Part shown: positions 38,439 to 52,759 of the stretch, in pieces
Layout: every line of letters begins with the position of its first letter
Position numbering within the stretch: the first letter of the stretch is position 1
Origin: the human T2T-CHM13v2.0 reference genome, Homo sapiens
Assembly: GCF_009914755.1 (NCBI RefSeq)
Contig: NC_060929.1
Reading direction: 5' to 3' (one strand)
DNA length: 64,000 nucleotides
The notes under the pieces: model-generated
What the model was told of the DNA's origin: nothing
Seen by the model: only the letters and a program-made list of their open reading frames with translations
Databases searched by the model: none
Position numbers and translations under genes: made by a program

Positions 38439-40819
38439 TGATATACTTTGGCTCTGTGTCCCCACACAAATCTCATGTTGAATCGTAATCCCCACGTGTC
38501 AGGGGAGGGGTCTGGTAGGAGGTGATTTGATCATGGGGGTGGATTTCCCATACTGTTCTCGTGACAGTCAGTGAGTTCTCACAAGATCTGATGGTTTAAA
38601 AGTGTGTGGAACTTCCCCCCGGCTCTTCTCTCTACTGACACCATGTGAAGAAGGCACCTGCTCCCCCTTTACCTTCTGCCATGATTGTTAGTTTCCTGAG
38701 GCCTCCCAGTCGTGCTTCCTGTTAAGCTTGCAGAACTGTGAGTCAATTAAACCTCTTTTCCTCATAAATTACCCAGTAGTTCTTTATAGCAGTTTGAGAA
38801 GAGATAGATACAGAAAATTGGTACCAGAGAAGTGGGGCATTGCTATAAAAATACCTGAAAATATGGAAGTAACTTTGGAACTGGGTAACAGGCAGAGGTA
38901 GGAAACAGTTTGGAGGACTCAGAAGAAGACAGGGAGATATGGGAAAGTTTAAATCTTCCTAGAGACCTGTTGAATGGTTGTGAACAAAATGCTGATAATG
39001 ATTTGGATAACGAAGTCCAGGCTGAGGGGGTCTCAGATGGAGATGAGGAACTCATTGAGAACTGAAGAAAAAGTTACTCTTGCTATGCTTTAGCAAAGAG
39101 ACTGACAGCCTTTTGACCCGGCCCTAGAGATCTGTGTAATGTTGAACTTCAGAGAGATGATTTAGGGTATCTGGTGAAACAAATTTCTAAGCAACAGACC
39201 TTCCAACATGTGGCCTGGCTGCTTCTAAAAGTTTATGCTCATGTCCATGAAGAAAGAGATGGCTTGAAACTGAAACGTATATTTAAAAGGAAAGCAGAGC
39301 ATAAAAGTTTGGAAAATTTGCAGCCTAACCATATAGTAAAAAAGAAAAACCCACGCTCTTGGGAGAAATTCAAGCAAAAATTTGCATAAGTAAAGAGGAG
39401 CCAAATGTTAATGGCAAAGACAATGTGGAATACGTCTCCAGTACATTTCAGAGACCTTTGAGGCAGCCCCTCCCATTATAAGCCTGGAGGCCTAGGAGGG
39501 AGAAATTGTTTAGTGGGATGGGCCCAGGGCCCTGCTGCTCTGGGCAGCCTCGGGACATGGTGCCCAGTGTTCCAGCTGCTCAGCTCCAACTGTGGCTAAA
39601 AGGGTCCAAGGCACTACTCAGGCCATTGCTTCAGAGAATACAAGCCTCAAGCTTTGGTGGCTTCCACATGAGGCTGGGCCTGTGGTTGTGCAGAAGGGAA
39701 GAGGTGAGGTTTGGGAACCTCCATCTAGATTTCAGAGGATGTATGGAAATGCCTGGATGTCTAGGCAAAAGTCTGCTGCAGAAGTGGAGCCCTTATGGAG
39801 AACCTCTACTAGGGCAGTGCAGAGGGAAAATGTGGGGTTGGAGCCCCCACACAGATTCCCCACTGGGGCACTCCCTACTGGAGCTTTGAGAAGAGGGTCA
39901 TAGTGCTTCAGACCCCAGAATGGTAGATCCACTGACAGCTTGCACAGTGTGCCTGGAAAAGTCACAGGCACTCAATCCTAGCCTGTGAAAGCAGCTGTGG
40001 GGGCTGTGCCTTGCAGAGCCACAGAGGCAGAGCTGTCAAAGCTCATGGGAGCCCAGATATTGCATCAGTATGCTCTGGACGTGAGAGATGAGGTCAAAGA
40101 AGATTGTTTCAGAGCCTTAAGATTTAATGACTGCCTTGTCGGGTTTTGGACTTGCATGGGGCCTGCAGACCCTTTGTTTTGGCTAATTTCTCCCTTATGG
40201 AATTGGAGTGTTTACCTGATCCCTGTACCCCCACTGTTGTCTTGAAATTAACTAACTTGTTTTTGATTTTACAGGCTTATAGGCAGAAGCGATTTGCCTT
40301 GTCTCAGATGAAACTTTGGACATGGACTTTTGAGTTAATGCTGGAATAAGTTAAGACTTCCAGTCTGTTGGGAAGGCATGATTGGTTTTGAAATGTGAGA
40401 AGGACATGATACTTGGGAGGGGCCAGAGGAGAAATAATATGGCTTGGCCCTCTGTCCCCACCCAAATCTCATCTCAAATTGTAATCCCCTCATGTCAAGA
40501 GAGGGGCCTGGGTGGAGGTGACTGGATCATGGGAGCAGATTTCCACATGCTATTCTCATGATAGTGAGTGAGTTCCAAGAGATCTGATGGTTTAAAAGTG
40601 TGTGGCACTTCCCTCCTTGTGCTCTCTCTCTCCTGGTGCCATGTCAAGAAGAACCTTGTTTCCCCTTTGCCTTCCACCATGATTTTCTGAGTTTCCTGAG
40701 TCCTCCCATTCATGCTTCCTGTAAAGCCTGAAGAACTATGAATCAATTAAATCTCTTTTCTTCATAAATTACTCAGTCTCAAGTCATTCTTTATATCATT
40801 GTGAAAACTGACTACTACG
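38439..40819 (+). mobile_element. Full-length MaLR retrotransposon (MSTA/THE1D-like): LTR-internal-LTR
   Basis: LTRs at 38439-38812 and 40435-40819; ~1.6-kb internal region starting gaaaattggtaccagagaagtgggg; polypurine tract gggaggggccagaggagaaa before the 3' LTR; TSD gtgag / gttag. Confidence 0.92.
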
Positions 40820-41264
40820 GTTAGCAATCTTAAAGAATACTTGTGATTTTGAGAATCAGGCACATATTTTTTTAATAATCGGACTGCTTACAATTGTTTA
40901 ACTCCTTGCAACTTATAGTTAGTGCCTAAAACTTTGATGACTTTCATTACATTTCAATGGCTCTGTTCCCTTATAGCAAACTACCTTTTTTACTGTACTT
41001 ACTGTAACTACAGTGCATTTATTTTCAGCCCAAATAGTATTCAGTAATAAGCATTTCTTCCCACATAAGAATAAGTTATATTCCTATTCACTATATTCTA
41101 GAATTTCTATTTTCCTTCCACAGTGCCAGCTAAAATTAAAGTGGAATAATCTATTGGGGCCCTGTGTATTTAATGTTTGTTTTCTTAGTATATTATAAAC
41201 ACTGTGAAGGAAGGAAATCCTTGCCTCTTGTTTATACTTTTATCTCCATTATAGAAACACTCTG

Positions 41265-41770
41265 CATTATTTTCTTACTGCTGCTGTAGCCAATTACTAC
41301 AAAGTTAGTGGTTTAAAATAGCACAAATATAGTGTCAAACAATTGTGTTTGTCAGATGTCTGCAATGCATCTTATGAGGCTAAAATCAAAGAGTGAGAAC
41401 TGTTGTGTTCCTTTCTGAAGGTTTTAGGGGAAAATCAGTTTCCTTGACTTTTCCAGCCTCCAGAGGCTGTCCTGATTTGTTAGCTTATGGTCTTTCATTT
41501 GTTCAAACCAGAAATGCTGTGTCTCTCTGACCATTCTTTTGAAATCATACCACCTTATGTTTCTAGCCAAGAATGTTTCCCTAGTTTAAACCCATTTGAT
41601 TACACTGAACTCAAAAGGACACTTTTTCATCTTACCATCCTTAACATTATAATACTTGCAAAGCCCCTTTTACCAGATAGTTAACATATTCACAGCTTCC
41701 AGAAATCAGGACATGCGGTTTTTTTTTTGTTGGTTTGTTTGTTTTGTAAACCATTATTTTGCTTACTATA
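41265..41770 (-). mobile_element. MLT1C/D-like LTR
   Basis: ctgctgtagccaattactacaaagttagtggtttaaaa, ggctaaaatcaaag, ttttccagcctccagaggctg, catattcacagcttccag. Confidence 0.75.
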
Positions 41771-43294
41771 CTGTCTTAATTGGAGGAAGCAACTTCTTCG
41801 AATAGGTGAATTAATTTCAAATTGATAATGTGATTCTGAATGAACATTAAAGAAATCAACTATTACACCGAACATTACTTTATTGAGCTAAACAAATATT
41901 AACTGACTATATAAAATTCATTACACATTTGGAGATAGAATTTTGTACTCTTTAATAAGACTTTTTACATTTTTTGCAATCCTTTTTCTTATTTAAAAAA
42001 TCAGTACTGTATTAGTACCCACAATATAAGTTTGTTCTAAGAATCAAATGAGATAAACATTTCAGACACCTATCATAGTATCAAGTTCATATCGTAAGCC
42101 TAAAATACCAGATGACTTTTATTATTTTCAGAATGTAGTCAAAATCAACATAAAGTTACATTAACACTTGGTTTACTGTATCATAATGCTAGCTTTGTGT
42201 CATATCTATCTAGAGAGTACACTGAATAGCTTAAACCAAGTAGAAGGTGATTTCTTGCTTACATAACAGTTTACCATAAGTAATTTTGGCTAAAGACGCA
42301 TCTTTCCTGCAAAAAATAATTCAAGTTAACGAAGGATCTACTATTACCAAATTGTATCTTCCCAGATTACTTTGTATATATCACCATTCCAGAAGACAAA
42401 AGACTACTCATGAAATACAATTTGCACACTTCTTTATATATGAAAAATTCACTTCTCTTCCCTCTGTAAACAACTTAAAGTTTTGCCCAGTTACTGCCTA
42501 CAACTTAGAGTTCAGGATGTTTCATGACGTGCAGTTCTCTCCCTCAGGCCACTATATGACTTAACGAGGACTAGTGTCCTATAAAGTCAAAAGACAAATT
42601 ATCTGTAAAATCTAAGTTACCATGGTGAAGCTCCTATCAGAAGACAAAGAAGTCTGCAGAGCACTGACAAAAATATTTCTGAGCAGTACAAATATTTATT
42701 TGATGAAACCATAAACATGTCCTGTGGAAATAACTTTAAGGTCCATTGTCCCTGTGGCTCATAGATTTACTTTCTGAGGTAATTTACATTTTCTCTTATT
42801 CTCCATGCCTCCATCTTAAATTAGAACAATGAGTGTTTTCTCAGCATGACTCATCAATTGCACTGATTAGTGCAATTTGGGATGCTTGAGGATATTTTAA
42901 GCCTTAATTTTTTTTTCTCACAATAGGCTTATTGTACCTTTGCCAAGTAGTTATGTGGAAACCATTTATTTATTTATTGGATCTAGTTTATAACCAAACA
43001 TACAGTTCTTTCCTAGGTATAATTCTAAAGTCTGCCTCATTTCCTTCTTTTTTCTCCTCCCCAACACACATATGCTTCTCTGACTGTAAAGATGACCACT
43101 TTAAGGTCATTTGAAATCATAGACTTGAAAGAGAAAACAACTTCCCTGATGAGTTCTTTGCTTCAGGGCTGGGTTCCTTGTTTTTTATGAACACAGTAGG
43201 ATTTAATTTCTGAGCAGCTTTTTCAACCTAATCAGAAAAACCTGAGCTTTTCTGTCACTGTATAATTCCACCATTACTAGACTTTTTGTTTACA

Positions 43295-43506
43295 AGTGGT
43301 TTCCAACAAGGAATGACTTTGTTTCCATAGAACACTTGTCAGTGTCTGGAGACATTTTGAATTATAATGATTAGGTGGTGATGCTACTGGTATGTGGTGG
43401 TATAGCCTAAAGATACTATTAATATCCTACAATGCAAAGAATAACCTCCCACAGAATGCAGGAATATCAGGCATAAAATGTCAATAATGCTAAGGTTTAG
43501 CAACTC
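43295..43506. mobile_element. MER20 (hAT-Charlie MITE)
   Basis: agtggtttccaac, gtctggagacatttt, tgctactgg, atcctacaatgca, aaaatgtcaataatgctaaggtt. Confidence 0.75.
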
Positions 43507-44271
43507 AACTCTATCCACTTTCTTTCCACTCTAAAGACAGGATATTTCTTTTTTCTTTTTTTTTTTTTTTTTTTTTTTGCCTGTGTTTATCTATTTCTTG
43601 GATTATGGAACAGAACAAACATGAACACATTACCTTTTGCCTTTCCTCATTTCCCACACTCTTTCCTAGAGGTAATATTAAGCTTCCAATTAATTTTAGA
43701 TGGTAGTTTCAATAATTTTTTTTCACTGGGTATTACAAGTCTTCATTTCAACCCTCTGAGTTTGGTTTACTTGTCCATTTAATACTAATTTAGTGGATAC
43801 GTTTTAGGTGCTGTTATGGCAGACCCAACTCAAGCTGGTGATTTCTATATTACTTGGAATCGTGCTAGTTGCTTTGACAACTACACTCAACAACATATAA
43901 TATCTTAAACAGAACAGAAGTTTCATTCATATAAACTGTTTTTTTAAGATAGGAAAAGCATTGCTCCTTTATGTCCGCATTCAAGAACATAGGCTACTAA
44001 GGTATTTAATCTGCAGTATGTTGCTTCCAAGACTACTGTAGAATTGGCCGTTCCAGTCAAGCATACTGAAAAACGTATACAGAAGAGTGCATGTTGGGAT
44101 TTTGGAGACTTAATTGGATATAAAATATGTTATTTCTACTAATTTTCCACTATTTTGACTTTAATCCCATGCCCTAATATAAAGTATATAAGAATGAGAA
44201 ACATAGTTTATGTATCTATCAAAATAGAACATAAATGTTTGTGAACATTTGAATCTGTCAGCTTCTCTTGC

Positions 44272-44477
<206 letters not shown>

Positions 44478-44555
44478 TTAATACAGTTAAATTTTTGGAT
44501 TAAAAAAGTCTGCCACTTTGTGAATATGTTTTATTTAGGCTTGATTTAGTTAATT

Positions 44556-44896
<341 letters not shown>

Positions 44897-47800
44897 CTAA
44901 TTAAGATTGAGGCAGAAGAAATGGGTCCTTGGGATTTGAAAATTACTATTCAATTTGGAAGTTTAATTTGCAACATAGATTGTCTGTTATTAAATTACTA
45001 GATATAATATCACAAAGGTGGAAAGAAAGGTTGCTTAGTTAAAGATCTAAGTTACTAGTCATGGTGTCAGATATAGAGAATGATTGAAGGTTATCAGAGT
45101 CACACACCAGATGAGTAAATTGTTGTTTTCAAGGAAGAGGTTACATAAAGGTAAGCGGAGTAATATTTCAGCATTTTTGTTAATTAAAAATTTGTAAAGT
45201 TATTTCCATTTCAAGGAAATTACTCTCAGTAATTTTACGGGTAAAATGACAAATTCCAAGTTTAATTTTCACATGTAACACCCTCCTTGAGCACTTATTT
45301 TTATAAAGCTATTAATCTATTTTGGTCTCAATTTACCTTTCTTTAAAGAGATTTTAAAATTTTCTGAAAGAAGTTGACATCTGGAAGTGTAGCTGTTATA
45401 TTTTTCAATTTTTAATTACATATTTAATTATCCTTTAATTACTTAAGGTTATTCTCAAAAGTGAAGAGATAGCTGGGATCACACTGCGTAAGATTTTACT
45501 CCTGAATGTAATATTCAAAAATGTTACAAAGTCTATCAAAGAGGTTTTCATTCTGTGACAATACATGGTCAATTTGACATGGTCAGGAAGCACCACCCCC
45601 ACTGAGAGATACCAAATTATGGAGTAAACCACCGTAATTTAGGCAGATCTTGAGAGAGAAAATGCTGAGTGGATGCAGAGGCAGCAATGAAGCTGAGCTG
45701 AAGAGGGAGGAAGCCTGTGCAGGGAACCCAAACACTACAGCTAGTTCCCCAGAATGGCTCCTAGGAAAGGGCCTCTGCCTGAGAGAGACCTGTGGCCTAG
45801 AACACCTAACACAAGAAACACAGTGATTGCAGGAGACTCCCCCAGGGCCCAGGAGCACATCTGGTGATGGAGGCATCTCTCCCACCCCCACTATAGAGCA
45901 CACCTGCAAACAAAAGGAAGTATAAAACAGCCATGCCACTGGGTATTAGGCTAGCCACTGGCCATCACTCTTAAGCACTATGCATTGGATCACATCCCAA
46001 ACTACAACATCAAAATTTATCCTGCTACATATACACCTGTGAAACCAAACACCAGAATTACTCATACATAAAAATCCTGGACAGAGAAAGCCCTGACCCT
46101 TTGAAAGCATCCAGAAACAAAACCAATTGCCTATACTCAACATACACTACAGTTAAAGGAACACTAACCCTACCAGAAGAGAAAAAATCAGTGCAAGAAC
46201 TCTGGCAATTCAAAAAGCTAGAGTGTCCTCTTACCTCAAAATTAGCCCACTAGCTACCAAGCAATGGTTCTTAATCAGTCTAAAATAATTGCAACAGACA
46301 TAGAATACAGAACCTCGATGGCAGGGAAGCTCATGAACATTAAGGAGAAAGTTGAAACCCTAGCCAAGTAATCCAGTAAAGCAATCTAAGTAAGTGCTGA
46401 AAGATGAAATTGCCATTTTAAACAACAGCCACACTGAATTTCTAGAGCAGAAAAAATTCAGTATAAGAATTTTATAATACAGTAAGAAATATTAACAGAA
46501 GGTAGGCCAAGCTAAGGAAAGAATCTCAGAGCTCAAAGACTGGTTCGTTGAATCAACTGAGTCAAAAGAAAATTTTAAAAAAGAATTAAAAAAAGAAAAT
46601 GAACCAAAGCTTTAAGAAATATGGAATTATATAAAGAGACCAAATCTACGACTCATTGTCATTCCTAGAAGAGAAACAAAGAGAAAAGGCAACTTGGAAA
46701 ATAGATTTGAGAATAGAGTCTATGAAAATTTTCCTAACCTCGCTAGAGAGAGTGACATGTAAATCCAAAAAATACAGCAAACCCAGCTAGGCACTATAAA
46801 AGGTGACTATCCCTAAGGCACACAGTCATCACATTCACCAAAGTAAATACAAAAGAAAAAAAAAATCTTAAAGGCAGCTAGAGAGAAAGGTCATGTTTTC
46901 ATAAAGCAAGAACTCCACTAGGCTAGTAGTAAATATCTCAGCAAAAACCTTACAAGCCAGAAGAGATTAAGGGCCTATGTCCAACATCATTAATGAAAAT
47001 AAATTCCAGGCAATAATTTTATATTTCACTAAACTAAACTTCCTAAGTGAAGAAGAAACAAATTTCTCCTCAGATAAGCAAATACTGAGGGAATCAATTT
47101 CAACTTGACCAGCCTTATGAAAGGTCCTTAAGGGAGTGCTATACATTGAGTAAAAAGAATGACACCTGCTACCACAAAAACCCACTTAAGTACATAGCTC
47201 ACAGGCACTATAAAGTATCTACACAATCAAGTCTACCTAAAAACCAGCTACAAACGTGATGATAGGATCAAAATCTCATGTATCAACATTAACCATAAAT
47301 GTAAATAGGCTAAACACCCCCACTTAAATGACATACAATGGCAAACTGGATAAAAATGCAAGGCTCACCATCTGCAGTCTTCAAGAGACTCACCTCATAT
47401 GTAATGACAGCCACTGGCCCAAAATAAGGGGATGGAGAAAATCTGCCATGCAAATGATAACAAAAAAGCAGGAGTAACTATTCTTATATCAGATAAAACA
47501 GACTTTAATCAAAATTAAAAAGAACAATTGAAGAATGAAGAGCATTACGTCATGAGAAAGTATATGATCAAACAAGAATACTTAAGTACCCTAAATATAA
47601 ATGCACCCAACATGGAGCACCCAGATTCATAAAACAAGTTCTTTTTGGACTACAAAAAGACAGACGACCACCCAATAACTGTAGGAGACTTCAACACCCC
47701 CGCTGGCAGCACTGGATCATCAAAGCAGATAACTAAGGAAGAAACTGTGTACTTAAACTTCACCCTTGACCATCTGGACCTAATAAGACATCTACAGAAC

Positions 47801-49626
47801 ACTCCACTCAATAACCACAGAATATACATTCTTCTCATCTGCACAGGGAACATATTCTAACATTGACCACATGCTTGGTCATAAAGCAAGTCTGGATAAA
47901 TTTTAAAAAATGAAATCATATCAAGCACACTCTTAGATCTCAATGTAATCAAAATATAAATAAATACCAACATCTCTCAACACTACACAAATAGATGAAA
48001 ATTAAACAACTTTCTCCTGAATAACTTCTGTGTGAAAATCAAAATTAAGGGAGAAATTTTAAGAAAGTGAAATTAATGAAAATGGGAACACAAATTACCA
48101 AAATCTCTGGGATGCAGCTAAATCAGTGTTAAGAGGAACGTTTAAATGCCTTTATCATAAAGTTAGAAATACTTCAAATTAACAATCTAACACTACACCT
48201 AAAGGAACTAGGGAAGAAAAAAAAAAGAACAACCCTACATCAACGCTAGGAATGAAAAGAAACAACTAAAATAGAGAAGATCTGAATGAAATTGAGATGC
48301 AAAAATCCATACAAAAGATTAATGAAACCAAGAGTTGATTTAAAAAAAGAGATTGATAGACCTTTAGCTAGATAAACAAAGAAAAAAAAGAGAAGATCTA
48401 AATATATAAATCAGAATGACAAAAACGACATTAAAAATGGTCCCACAGACATACAAAATAATCCTCAGAGAATACTAGGAATAACTCTAGACACAAAAAT
48501 TAGAAAATCTAGAGGAAATGGATAAATTTCTGAAAACAGGCAATCTTCCAAGATTGAATCAGGAAGATACTGAAATACTGAAGAGACCAATATGAAGCTC
48601 TGAAATTGAATAAGTAATAAAAAATCTACCAAGCCAAAAAGCCCTGGACTATATGGATTCACAGCAAAATTCTACCGGAAGTATAACGAAGAACTAGTAC
48701 AATTCTACTGAAACTATTCCAGAAAAGTTGAAGAGAACGTACTCCTTCCTAACTCACGCTGTGAAGCCAGAAGCAGCTTAATACCAAAACCTGGCAGAGA
48801 CGCAAAAAAAAAGAACATTCAGGTGACCACTGTTGACGAACATAGACTCAAAAATTCTCAACAAAGTACTAGCAAACTGAATCCATCAGCAGCATATCAA
48901 AAAATTAATCTACTATGACAATACAGGCTTTATTCCTGGGATGCATGGCTGGTTCAACATATGCAAATCAATAAATGTGATTCACCAGATAAACAGAATT
49001 AAATCAAAAACCATATGATCATCTCAACGGATGCCGGAAAAGCTTTCAATTAAATCCAGTGTCCCTTCATGAAAAAACAAAACAAAAAAAAACCCTCAAC
49101 AGTTGAGGCTTCAAATAAGCATACTTCAAAATAAAAAAGAGCTATCTACAACAAACCCACAGCCAATATAATACTCAATGGGCAAAAGCTGAAAGCATTC
49201 TCCTTTAGAAATGAAACAAGCCAAGGACATCCACTCTTACCACTCCTATTCAACATAGTACCAGAAATCCTAGTCAGAGCAATCTTGCAACAGAAAAAGA
49301 GAAAAGCACCCAAATAGGAAGTAAAGATTAAGGCAAACTATCTGTCTTCACCCAACAATATCCTTCTATACCTAAAAAACCTTAAAGACTTCAACAAAAG
49401 TCTACTAGAAATGATAAAGGATTTTAGCAAGGTTTCAGGATACAAAATCAATGTACAACAATTAGTAGCATTTCTATACAACAACAACATCCAGGTTGAG
49501 AGTTAAATTAAGAACACAATCATATTTACAACACCTAGGATGAAAATAAAATCCCTGCAAATACAACTAACCTAAGATGTGAACGATCTCCACAAGGAGA
49601 ATTACAAAACACAGCTGAAATCTGAA

Positions 49627-49890
49627 GCCGGATGCAGTGGTTCATGCCTTTGGGAGGCCGAGGCAGGTATATCGCTTGGACCCAGGAGTTTTGAGACCAA
49701 CCTAGGCAACATAGTGGAACCTCATCTATACAAATTTTTTTTTTTTTTTTAAATAGCGAGGCATGGTGGCACATGCCTGTAGTCCTAACTACCCTGACGG
49801 CTTGAGGCCAGGAGTTCAAGCCTGCAGTGAGCTATAATAACTCCACTGCATTCCAGCCTGGGTGAAAGGGTGAGACTCTGTCTCAAAAAA
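49627..49890 (+). mobile_element. AluJ SINE inside the L1, with a T-run in the central linker
   Basis: gcttggacccaggagttttgagaccaacctaggcaacatagtg; ggagttcaagcctgcagtgagcta. Confidence 0.88.
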
Positions 49891-50045
49891 GGAAGGAAAT
49901 AAGAAAAGGAAGGAAGGATGGAAGGAAGGGAGGAAGGGAGGGAGGGAGGGAAGGAAGGGAGGAAGGGAGGGAGGGAGGGAGGGAAGGAAGGAAGGAAGGA
50001 AGGAAGGAAGGAAGGAAGGAAGGAAGGAAGGAAGGAAGGAAGGAG
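49885..50045. repeat. Polypurine (GGAA/GGGA)n microsatellite derived from the Alu tail
   Basis: 15 consecutive GGAA units at 49982-50041, preceded by mixed GGAA/GGGA. Confidence 0.95.
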
Positions 50046-50877
50046 ATTTTGATAACACAAATAAATGGAATAACATTCCATGTTTACAGATTAAAAGAAT
50101 CAATATGTTAAAATGGCCACACTGCCCAAAGCAACTTGTAGATTCAAGGCTATCTCCATGAAACTACCAACATCATTCTTCACAGAATTAGAAAAAACTA
50201 TTCTAAATTTATATGGAACACCCCCAAAAGCCAGAATGGCCAAAGCAATTCTGAGCAAAAATAATAAAGCCAGAGAGGCGTCATACTACCCAATTTCCAG
50301 CTATACTATAAGTGTACACTAACCATGATACTGTTACAAAAGCAGACACTTAAGCCAATGGAACAGAATAGAACACTCAAAAATAAAGCTGCACACTTAC
50401 CACCATCTGGATCGTGGACAAGGCCAACAAAAACAAACAATGGGGAAAAGGCACCCTATTCAATAAATGGTGCTGGGATAATTCGCTAGCCATAAGCAGA
50501 AGAGTGAAACTGGATGCTTACCTTCCACCATACACACAAATTAATTCAAGATGGATTAAAGGTTAAAATGTAAGACTTCAGATTATGAAAACTCTAAAAC
50601 AAAACCTAGGAAATATTTTTCTCGACATTGGCCTTGGCAAATAATTTTTGGCTAAGTTTCTAAAAACAATTGCAACAAAAACGAAATTGACAAGTGAAAG
50701 TCAATCAAACTAAAAGGCTTCTGCACAGCAATAGAAACTATCCACAGAGTAAACAGACAACTTACAGAATGGGAGAAAATATTTGCAAACTATGCATCTG
50801 ATAAAGATCTAATATAACAAATCCATAAGGAAGAAAAAATGACAAGCATAAAACAACCCCAGTTAAAAAGGGCAAAG

Positions 50878-51185
50878 CTAATACAGGAGCAGAAAATCAA
50901 ACTCCGCATCTTCTCACTTATAAGTGGGAGCTGAACAATGGGAACACATGGACACAGGGAGGGGAACAACACACAATGGGGAACAACACACAACACACAC
51001 TATAATTTTCTGTAGGGGGTTGAGGAGAGGGAGAGCATCAGGAAAAATAGCTAATGCATGCTGGGCTTAATACCTAGGTGATGGGTTGATAGGTGCAGCA
51101 AACCACCACCACACACGTTTATCTATGTAACAAAACTGCGCTTCCTGCACATGTACCCCACAACTTAAAATTTAAATCAAGAAAA
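50878..51185 (+). mobile_element. 5'-truncated L1PA (PA10-13-like) 3' end nested in the older L1
   Basis: gagagcatcaggaaaaatagctaatgcatgctgggcttaatacctaggtgatgggttgataggtgcagcaaaccac; TSD aaaagggcaaag / aaaaggcaaag. Confidence 0.85.
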
Positions 51186-52759
51186 GGCAAAGGACATGAA
51201 CAGATATTTTCTCAAAAGAAGACACTCAAGTATATGAAAAAACACTCATCCTTACTAATCATCAAATAAATAAATGCAAGCAAAAACCACAGTAAGATGC
51301 CATCTCACATCAGTCACAACAGCTATAATTAAAAAGTAAAAAAATTAGATGTTGGCCAGGCTGCAGAGTAAAGGGAATGCTTATACACTACTGTTGATGG
51401 AAATGTAAACTGGTTCAGGTACTGTGGAAAGTATTTTGGAGATTTCTCTAAGAACTTAAAACAGAGATACCCTTCGACCCAGCATTCCCATTACTGGGTA
51501 TATATTCAAAGGAAAATAAATTATTCTACCAGAAAAATATACATGCACTCGTACGTTCATCAGCATGTTATTCACAATAGCACAGACATGGAATGAACCT
51601 AGGTGCCCATCAAAGGTGGATTGGATAAAGAAAATGTGGTACATATACACTATGGAATACTATGCCTCCATAAAAAAGAATGAAATTATGTCCTTTGCAG
51701 CAACATGGATGGAGCTAAGGACATAATCCTAAGCAAATTAGTGCTGGAAAAGAAAACCAGATACCACACATTCTCACTTATAAGTGGAACCTAAACACTG
51801 AGCACACAGGAACATTAACATGGGAACAAGACATGCTGCAGGCTACGGGGGTGGGGGAAAGAGGGGAGCATGGGCTGAATAACTACCTACTGGGTACTAT
51901 GCTCACTACCAGGGTGCACTGTACAAAAGTAACAAATCTGCATATGCACTATCTGTGTCTGAAAAAAACTGAAATTATAAAAACCAAGAGAATATGTTTC
52001 TAATGAACGTAGACTTTATTTGATGGACTGGATTAGAATATAATTTTTTTTAAGGGGAAAGGCATTGGGGGATGCACAATGTCTACAGGTTTCTAAACCT
52101 CTCTGGTTTCTCACCTAATTCATAGTCTCTTATGTCATTTTCATAGTTTTCATATTCTGCCTTTCCACCTCTTCTTTTTAACAAGTAAAATTCCTCATAG
52201 CATACAAAAAAACAATTTTATAAAAAACCCATATTATAGATCAGGGACCTGTGGATTATATGCTATTAGAACTATACAAAATGTCTCTATATAGTTTTCT
52301 GTATCTTTGGAATATCTTTGGGTGAAGCTGCAGACCTTCTCGGTGAGTGTTACAGCTCTGCGCAGAGCCAAACAGTGAGCAGCAGCAAGACTGCAAAGAG
52401 CAAAAGAACAAAGCCTCCACACTGTGGAAAGGGACCCTAGCACGTTGCTGTTGCTGGCTCTGGCAGCTGCTTTTATTCCCTTATCTCACCCCACCCACAT
52501 CCTGATGATCGGTCCATTTCATAGAGAGCTGATGGGTTCATTTTACAGAGAGCTGCTTGGTCTGTTTACAATCCTTTAGCTAGACACAAAAGTTCTCCAA
52601 GTCCCCACCAGATTAGCTAGACACAGAGCACTGATTAGTGCGTTCACATACCTTGAGCTAGACACAGCATGCTGATTGGTGCATTTACAATCCTCCAGCT
52701 AGACGTAGTAAGTTCTCCAAGTACCCACCGGACTCAGGAGCCCAGCTGGCTTTGCCTAG

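Larger units (their letters stand above)
45565..51985 (+). mobile_element. Near full-length decayed L1 (L1PB/L1PA16-like) with nested insertions
   Basis: 5'UTR-like 45565-46150; ORF1-like gaaaagaatctcagagctcaaagac; EN-like ggagacttcaacacccc; RT-like cactcctattcaacatagta; 3' end ctacctactgggtactatgctcactacc with A-rich terminus; many stops and frameshifts. Confidence 0.88.

Noticed and set aside
39506-40349. ORFs in the MaLR internal region
   Set aside because: They are fragmented remnants of the non-autonomous MaLR internal ORF, broken by stops and frameshifts.
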